Shown: piece after piece, positions 57,639 to 64,000 of the stretch
How the letters are laid out: each line of letters starts with the position of its first letter
How positions within the stretch are numbered: position 1 is the stretch's first letter
From: Eledone cirrhosa
Taxonomy: Eukaryota
NCBI GenBank assembly: GCA_964016885.1
Contig: OZ024743.1
Span: 266,848,001 to 266,912,000 of the forward strand
Direction: 5' to 3'
DNA: 64,000 bases
Made by a program: the position numbers and the translations under genes
Notes under the pieces: model-generated
What the model saw: only the letters and a program-made list of their open reading frames with translations
Told to the model about the DNA's origin: nothing
The model's database searches: none

Positions 57639-57849
57639 ACTGATCACTTACGCTCAAAAATCGATACATTATATTCGATTTCGTCAGATAGGGCGGGTCA
57701 ATTTTAAATATTCTTTTTCCGATGTCTTCGCTAGGGCTCAATGTACAAGTATAGCAATTTCGGTGCAATTCCGTGAGAGATTCTAAGAGGAGATGTGTGC
57801 CAAAAATCGATAGACAGACAGACAACCTCAGTTTTATATATATAGATTG

Positions 57850-57880
<31 letters not shown>

Positions 57881-57928
57881 AATATTAATTCAAAATATTA
57901 ACAAAATAGATATTCTTGTGATCAATTA

Positions 57929-57995
57929 TATTTTATTATACATATTTCAGAGGTACTGAGTTAACTTCAACAGTACGTCCTCATCAGATAAAATA
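57929..57995 (-). ncRNA. Type I hammerhead (canonical core)
   Basis: Minus strand tattttat-CTGATGA-gga-c-gtactg...cagtac-c-tct-GAAAT-atgt-ATA-ataaaata. Confidence 0.8.
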
Positions 57996-58629
57996 AGATG
58001 ATGCATGACACACCCTGACATAGTAGATGGTTAAGATTCAGTCATTCTTTGATTAATTCATTGAACCTTGTTTAACCATTAAATATATATATATATATTT
58101 GTGTATGTGTCTGTTGTGTGTGTATATATATACACACAACACGTGTTTGTGCGTACCTTTGTGTGTATGAATATATCTGTGTATGCATGTATTATATGCA
58201 AAGGAAACCATTGAGTAACGTTATGGCTGTCCTGAAAAATACGTATATATAGTGGCAGAAATTCGTTGATAGAGAGTTAGGGAGAAGGAGAGGAGGAAAT
58301 AGACAGAGAAGGGTAGGTATTTATGCATTGTTAAGGGAACACAACGATACCATGACAATATAGTACACGGATGATTGTACGAAACTTTGTGAAAGAGATA
58401 GTGAAATAGTATGATTGGGCAAACAGAGTGATATGTATACTGAGGGAGGCATAGACAGATGGAAATATAAGGAAAGGATGATGAGGAGGGAGAGAGAGAG
58501 AGAGAGGCGGGTAAGGAATTACTGCAACAATTGAATAAAACGTAATTTGCAATATTGAAACAATTATAATTTTATGCAAATAAAAGCACACATACAGGGA
58601 TATATATATATACATACACACATATATAC

Positions 58630-59330
58630 ATATATTCTGAGGGCTTCAACAAACCGAAATTGTATATTGTCCTGGGTCAAAGTTGTGTATTGTATGTGAA
58701 TGTGAGAATGAAGGCCAGGGTGGTCAACATAGCTTTAGTATTTATTGTGGTGTTAAGATGTTTCAAGATTGAGTTGCAAAAGCAGGTAATTGATGCTATT
58801 GTCCTTCTGCAATCTAATCTCAATCTCTCTGATCGCCCAACTTTAGTGCATCTGCTCCTTAGTTAAATGATATCTTTCAATTGTTTCAACTTGGACTTGT
58901 TGATATCAATCGTGATGTTACCTCAAGATTTACACGACATCATCAGCCCAGCCAGGCACAAGCTGATCTTAATGCAATACTGTAAAATGTAAAATATAAA
59001 ATGTCTCCTGTATTTTAAGAGCCGCTACAGTGAAATGAATGCAACTGGCTGTTATTTGATGTAGTCAGGCAGTTATTTCCTCAATGAATATTTGAATTGA
59101 TGCAAGCCAATGGCGTTACAGTTTTGGTTGACAATGCTGGTTACTATCCAGGCGTTCCTTGATTTTTTTCCAGACACATTTTATCTAGGACATCATTTTC
59201 CATTGCTTCTTTCTTTAAATAATTTCAAGAAGGATTATATATTGCAATATTTGGCTGTTGTTTCTAACATGTCAAATAAACGCATTGTAGAATGTATTCT
59301 TTGTCACACTAATTTGTAAGCAATGTTTTT
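58630..59330 (-). mobile_element. Heavily decayed RTE-like LINE remnant
   Basis: QVETIERY..REIEIRLQK..TK pattern resembles the RTE post-RT region; many stops. Confidence 0.35.
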
Positions 59331-59599
59331 CCTTTTATTTCTCTACATTTAAAAAATAAATATATGTTCAAATATTATTACATCAGTCTACATTATTTCT
59401 GTGTGTTACCCCGACTCTTTAATCATTTCATAATTTAATAAGAAACTGTTCTATCTGACTTATCCAATTAGAAGACAGTTTCTGTCCCCCTACCTTTAAT
59501 TCTAGGCGGTTAGTGTTGCTTTAAACGATAAACACAATAGAAAACTAAGTTACGTTGCATCAACGCTAACGATAAATGTAAAAGGAGGAAATGAAGATA

Positions 59600-59880
59600 A
59601 ACACACAGAATGTAAATATATCGCACCACACTTCGAGCCGGCCATGCATACGCAGTACATGTTTGGGGCAGGGAAGCGAAGAAGCATCAGAAAAAGTTGA
59701 AAAGAATGAGATTAGTGTGCTCGGAAATCGAGTTTCTCGTAGTTTTGTTGGAAGCTTCAAAATGTCCAGATTAAATCAATAAGTCGATTGATGAGATTCA
59801 TACGTCCGGAAGAACTCTGGCAGTACGAAAGTAACCCATTGTTTGTCTGCTCCAAGTATTTGTCAGAAAAAAATATAGGG
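59600..59880 (-). mobile_element. Possible Tc1/mariner transposase C-terminal remnant
   Basis: Weak SPD-x-N...IW..E and GRLEV traces across frames. Confidence 0.3.
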
Positions 59881-60040
59881 AGAGCCACAAGTATTGAGTG
59901 GTTGTAAATCTTTTCAAGAACAGAGAAAGAGAAGAAAAAACAAGAAAAAAAGGAAGATAAATATGTGTTGGTTTCTCACTTTCTTTCCGTATGTGTCTCT
60001 TGAATACTGATTGCTTACAAACGTGATGGAACAGAAAAGC

Positions 60041-60136
<96 letters not shown>

Positions 60137-60502
60137 TTATATGTATATATATATACATATTATATATATGTATATCTATATATATAACAGAAAATACTAT
60201 AAAATATATAAACTTCTCATGTAGCTCTAGGTAGCATCAATCTGCGTATTGATTGTAAAAATACACTGATTGATTTGAAACGAAAACTTTCCTCTACTAT
60301 TAGGCTGTAAGAAAAAGGGGTTCTACTCTTATCACAAAATATGTTGTGCAATGGAAAATCTGGAACGTTTATTTCCGAATCTGAAGTAGGCAGAAGCAAC
60401 TCGCCTACTGTGAAAAATTCAGCATCGATTTAATACAAATTTACCTGAAACTCTTTGAACGCCAAATACGAAAATCAATGGCGAATAGATACTTTCATGA
60501 AG

Positions 60503-60678
<176 letters not shown>

Positions 60679-62080
60679 TTAATATAGATGAAATTCTACA
60701 GGAATAGAACTGTTTCATTCTTTAGAAATCATCAGGAATCTGCGATTCCTGATGATATTGAGTACCTTACTTACTGTGGTTACCTCCGATTCAACCCGGA
60801 ATAACGTATATATATATATATATAATATAATATAATATACATAAAGGATTAAACACAGTAAATATATGTATATATATATATAGAGAGAGAGAGAGAGTGA
60901 AGATCCCGTTAAGAGTGAAAGCACCGATTCTTTACTTAAACTTTAATCTGTTCTTATAATAAATATTAGCTCTATAGTTTATATATATATTATATGTATA
61001 TAATCCTAATCGAGCCATCTTCGGATTTTAGTCTTCACATTTATTATTACTATATATATATATCATAACATATTAGTCATTCTTTGATAAAGCGATATCT
61101 GTTGAGTTGGTTAGATGAAGAGAAATGCAAAGCCTATGATCCTTTACTTGTTCAAGAGAGCGATAATTTTATTTAAAAACAGGACTCGCAGCAAATCAGT
61201 CACTGTATATTCCAGAAAATATCATATATTTTCACTAGTTCTGACCGTTGGCATGTAAACAATATACTGCACTGATGAAGAAACATTGGTGTTTGCCGTT
61301 CAGCTTATATACCAAGACAAGAGCAAGAATGAAGAAGTCATTCTACTAACATGGCTTAAGAGACTCTTTGCATAATTGGAAACGAATCCAATATTATTAT
61401 TATTATCATTAAAAAAACTCAGATTTACCTTTATATATATATATATAAATGTGTGTGTGTGTGTGTGTGTCTGTGTGTGTATGTGTATGTGTGTGTATGT
61501 GTATGTATGTGTGCGTGTGTGTGTAAGTGGAATTGTGTTTAAATGGAATTATATGTGAGTTTGAGTAGTGTACGTGTCCGCTTTTAGTTTTGTGTCTTTA
61601 TTTGTACTTATGTTGCGTAGTTTAGAGATTCAGTAAAAAAAAAGTTAAATACTTCCAACAAAATAAGTACTGGGGTCGATATCTTAGACTTTACACCAGT
61701 TTGCAATTAAATGACTAAAACTAGTGAAAGAGTAAATGAAAGTTATTAAAATTACCTTATACGTGATTCTGCACACATTTGAGGTTAGCAATATTCACTA
61801 TTTAAAGACTGGTAATTTATATTTGCTTGTACCACATTACATTATATGTAATAGGAAATCTTTTTTTTTCCATACGTTCCTTTAACTCAGCTGAGGTTCA
61901 CAGAGTAAAATCAATTCTTTAATCGCTGAGCTTTAAGAAATATCAAGTGAAACGTGCCATACCTACACATTTTATTTAAAGCAGATGTCTTCTACTATTC
62001 TACACTATAAAAACATTTATTGTGTATGTATGTATGTTTTTTTTGTATGTATGCTTGTATGTATGTATTTATGTATTTAT

Positions 62081-62138
62081 GGTAACATGAAATCCAGTAC
62101 AACCTGTCTCATGGTCGGGTCGTTGGCGACTAAACTGG
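62081..62138 (+). ncRNA. HDV-like ribozyme candidate
   Basis: P1 aacatg/catggt (imperfect), P2 ccagt/actgg, CC/GG P1.1, P4 tcg(ttgg)cga, J4/2 C-T-A-A. Confidence 0.5.
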
Positions 62139-62648
62139 CAACCCCACCAAGGTTTCTTTGTTAGGAGGGTGACTTTGGACATCCTGCAGGACTAAAAACA
62201 AAACCTGTCGAAGGGCAAAGGTGCTCTTAAGGGTCAATGGCCATCCAAAATCACCGGGAGAGATGACCCCTTAGACTTTGTCAAGGCAGAATTCTAGGAG
62301 AAGGAAAACTCTGATATAACACCTGCAAATCTGATGGTATCCAATGATGTTGACTTGTTCTTCTTTTTGGTAAATATCATCTTGGTTAAGAGAGTGGGAC
62401 TGGCTTTGTGCAGTGTCTTTCCTCACTATAAAAGCTTCACGGCACAGGCATTGCTTTATATCTGGATATCTCTCTGCACGTGTCGTCACATGGTACCATG
62501 GGCCCAGCACTATGTGTCAATAATTGTCACAAGTGTAGTGTTTGTACCAGAGTTTTCAAGTCGCTGGCTGGACTAAAATGTCACACTCGTTCAGCGCATG
62601 GATATAAAGTAGTGGCCGTACTCGAAAACGAGTTGGTAGCCACCATGT
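62081..62648 (+). mobile_element. Short internally deleted RTE-like element (5' UTR plus C-terminal C2H2 finger and tail) in (ATGT)n
   Basis: 3' part reads HKCSVCTRVFKSLAGLKCHTRSAH; tail hairpin gtggc..ctcgaaaacgag..gccac; tatg repeats on both sides. Confidence 0.6.
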
Positions 62649-62793
62649 ATATATGTATGTATGTATGCATGTATATCAACAACTGGCGCATTGATCGCCT
62701 TCGAGTCAAACATATTTGTTCTCTGCTTTCTCCCCTTGTAACCATTTGGGTAATTCTTACTATTATTCCTTTATCATATAACTATTATGCAAT

Positions 62794-62843
62794 ATACACC
62801 TCATGATGTCGCCAGAGCCTGGCCACTGAAATGTACATAGTAT
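62794..62843 (+). ncRNA. Hammerhead with a G5C core change
   Basis: atacac-CTCATGA-tgt-c-gcca(gagcc)tggc-c-act-GAAAT-gtac-ATA-gtat. Confidence 0.55.
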
Positions 62844-63051
62844 TTGCAAGAACAAAACTTTGAAAGAATTTCGCCAATGGGGCCTCCTGTCATTTTACTC
62901 AATAATAGTTAACTCCGTTCCAGGCCCACCAAAGGGATTCAACATCAAATATAGTTTAGTTGGGTTACGTCGAGTGCTTTTCCTACTAATTCATCACGCT
63001 TAACTATATGAAATGACCAGTTCTATCCAGTGGTCAATCGCCAAACCTTAA

Positions 63052-63100
<49 letters not shown>

Positions 63101-63104
<4 letters not shown>

Positions 63105-64000
63105 AAGTGAGTCCTTCATCAGTGACCCTCAAACCGTCCTCGGCATTTCATCGCTTTAAGGGCCATATGCCTCAGGTTGGTGCGAACAACGGCTAAAAAA
63201 AGTCGTTGGGACACGTAAATAAAGGGGGACGCTAGAGTAACAACAAAAAGGTTTAAGCAACGGAAAGTGAGTAGAAATAGACAAGTCCCAGATCTCTATG
63301 AATATAAACTCTGTGAAATCGTGAACAAGAGACGAAAGACCATCAGACCTGGTTGAAATGTGAGCAAGGAAAGAATTTCGCCCAAGCTTGACGGGGGGGG
63401 GGGGGGGGGGAGAGAGTAGAGAGAAAGAAAAAGGAGAGAAGAGGAAGAAGAAGAAGAAGAAGAAGATAAGGGGGTCTGGTCTACGAATTCGGTAAACGCA
63501 AGTTTTGTGAAGTCGCAGACGAAAGAGAGAGAGAAAAAAATTCCATACCAGCTCGGTCAAGACTGCGCGAGAAAAGAATTACACACAGGTCAAACTTGAA
63601 GGAGGAGGAGGAAAGAGGAGGAGGAGAGGTAGTGACAGAGAATGAGTGAGTGAAAGTTGAGGAGAGAGTAACAGAGAGGGAGACTGCTAGAAGTGGTAAA
63701 GATACAAGGAACGAAACAGACGAAGGCAGCATGGAAAAGTTATATGTGTAAATATGATGATAATAATGGAACTGCGGCGTTGCAAATGGGATACATATGA
63801 AAAAGTGCGTCCTTCATCAGTGACCCTCCAACCGTCCTCGGCATTTCATCGCTTTAAGGGCCACATGCCTCAGGTTGGTGCGAACAACGGCTAAAAAAAG
63901 TCGTTGGGACACGTAAATAAAGGGGGACGCTAGAGAAACAACAAAAAGGTTTAAGCAACGGAAAGTGAGTAGAAATAGACAAGTCCCAGATCTCTATGAA
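63101..64000. mobile_element. Head-to-tail tandem (~700-bp unit) of the 43370 family, running off the window
   Basis: 63101-63300 is repeated from ~63799; 63546-63800 is the reverse complement of the 43755-43965 spacer. Confidence 0.88.

Larger units (their letters stand above)
56594..57848 (+). mobile_element. Helentron/HINE-like element carrying internal tandem repeats
   Basis: Starts actagcagtaaagcccggcgttgctcggg; ends gacagacagacaacctcagttttatatatatagat; inserted in (TA)n. Confidence 0.6.

Noticed and set aside
62480-62806. C2H2 zinc-finger host gene
   Set aside because: Single finger followed by a retroelement-like tail and microsatellite; fits an RTE C-terminus

Overview
AT-rich, microsatellite-saturated animal genomic DNA with (TA)n, (CA)n and (ATGT)n tracts. 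The SINE sequences and repeat spectrum suggest an octopus or other coleoid cephalopod (inference from recalled sequence similarity, not a search). No host gene can be called with confidence; the best candidate is a minus-strand terminal exon with a PPxY motif at 32465-32573. Nearly all ORF-track entries are translated microsatellites. The identifiable content is transposon-derived. Penelope-like elements (PLEs) include one uninterrupted 542-codon RT + GIY-YIG ORF at 40427-42055 and six decayed coding copies or fragments from several families. There are also RTE, CR1-like, R4/Dong and CRE non-LTR fragments, tRNA-type SINEs, Helentron-like elements, and piggyBac and mariner MITEs. The most striking signal is roughly 20 type I hammerhead ribozyme (HHR) or HHR-like motifs, found by eye on both strands. 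Four unrelated families carry the compensatory U3:A8 core. Many motifs lie in short non-coding modules inserted in (TA)n tracts as palindromes or inverted-plus-tandem arrays, which suggests a multi-family population of PLE-mobilised, retrozyme-like RNAs. An HDV-like ribozyme candidate heads a short RTE derivative. All folds were done by hand and coordinates may be off by a few bases.
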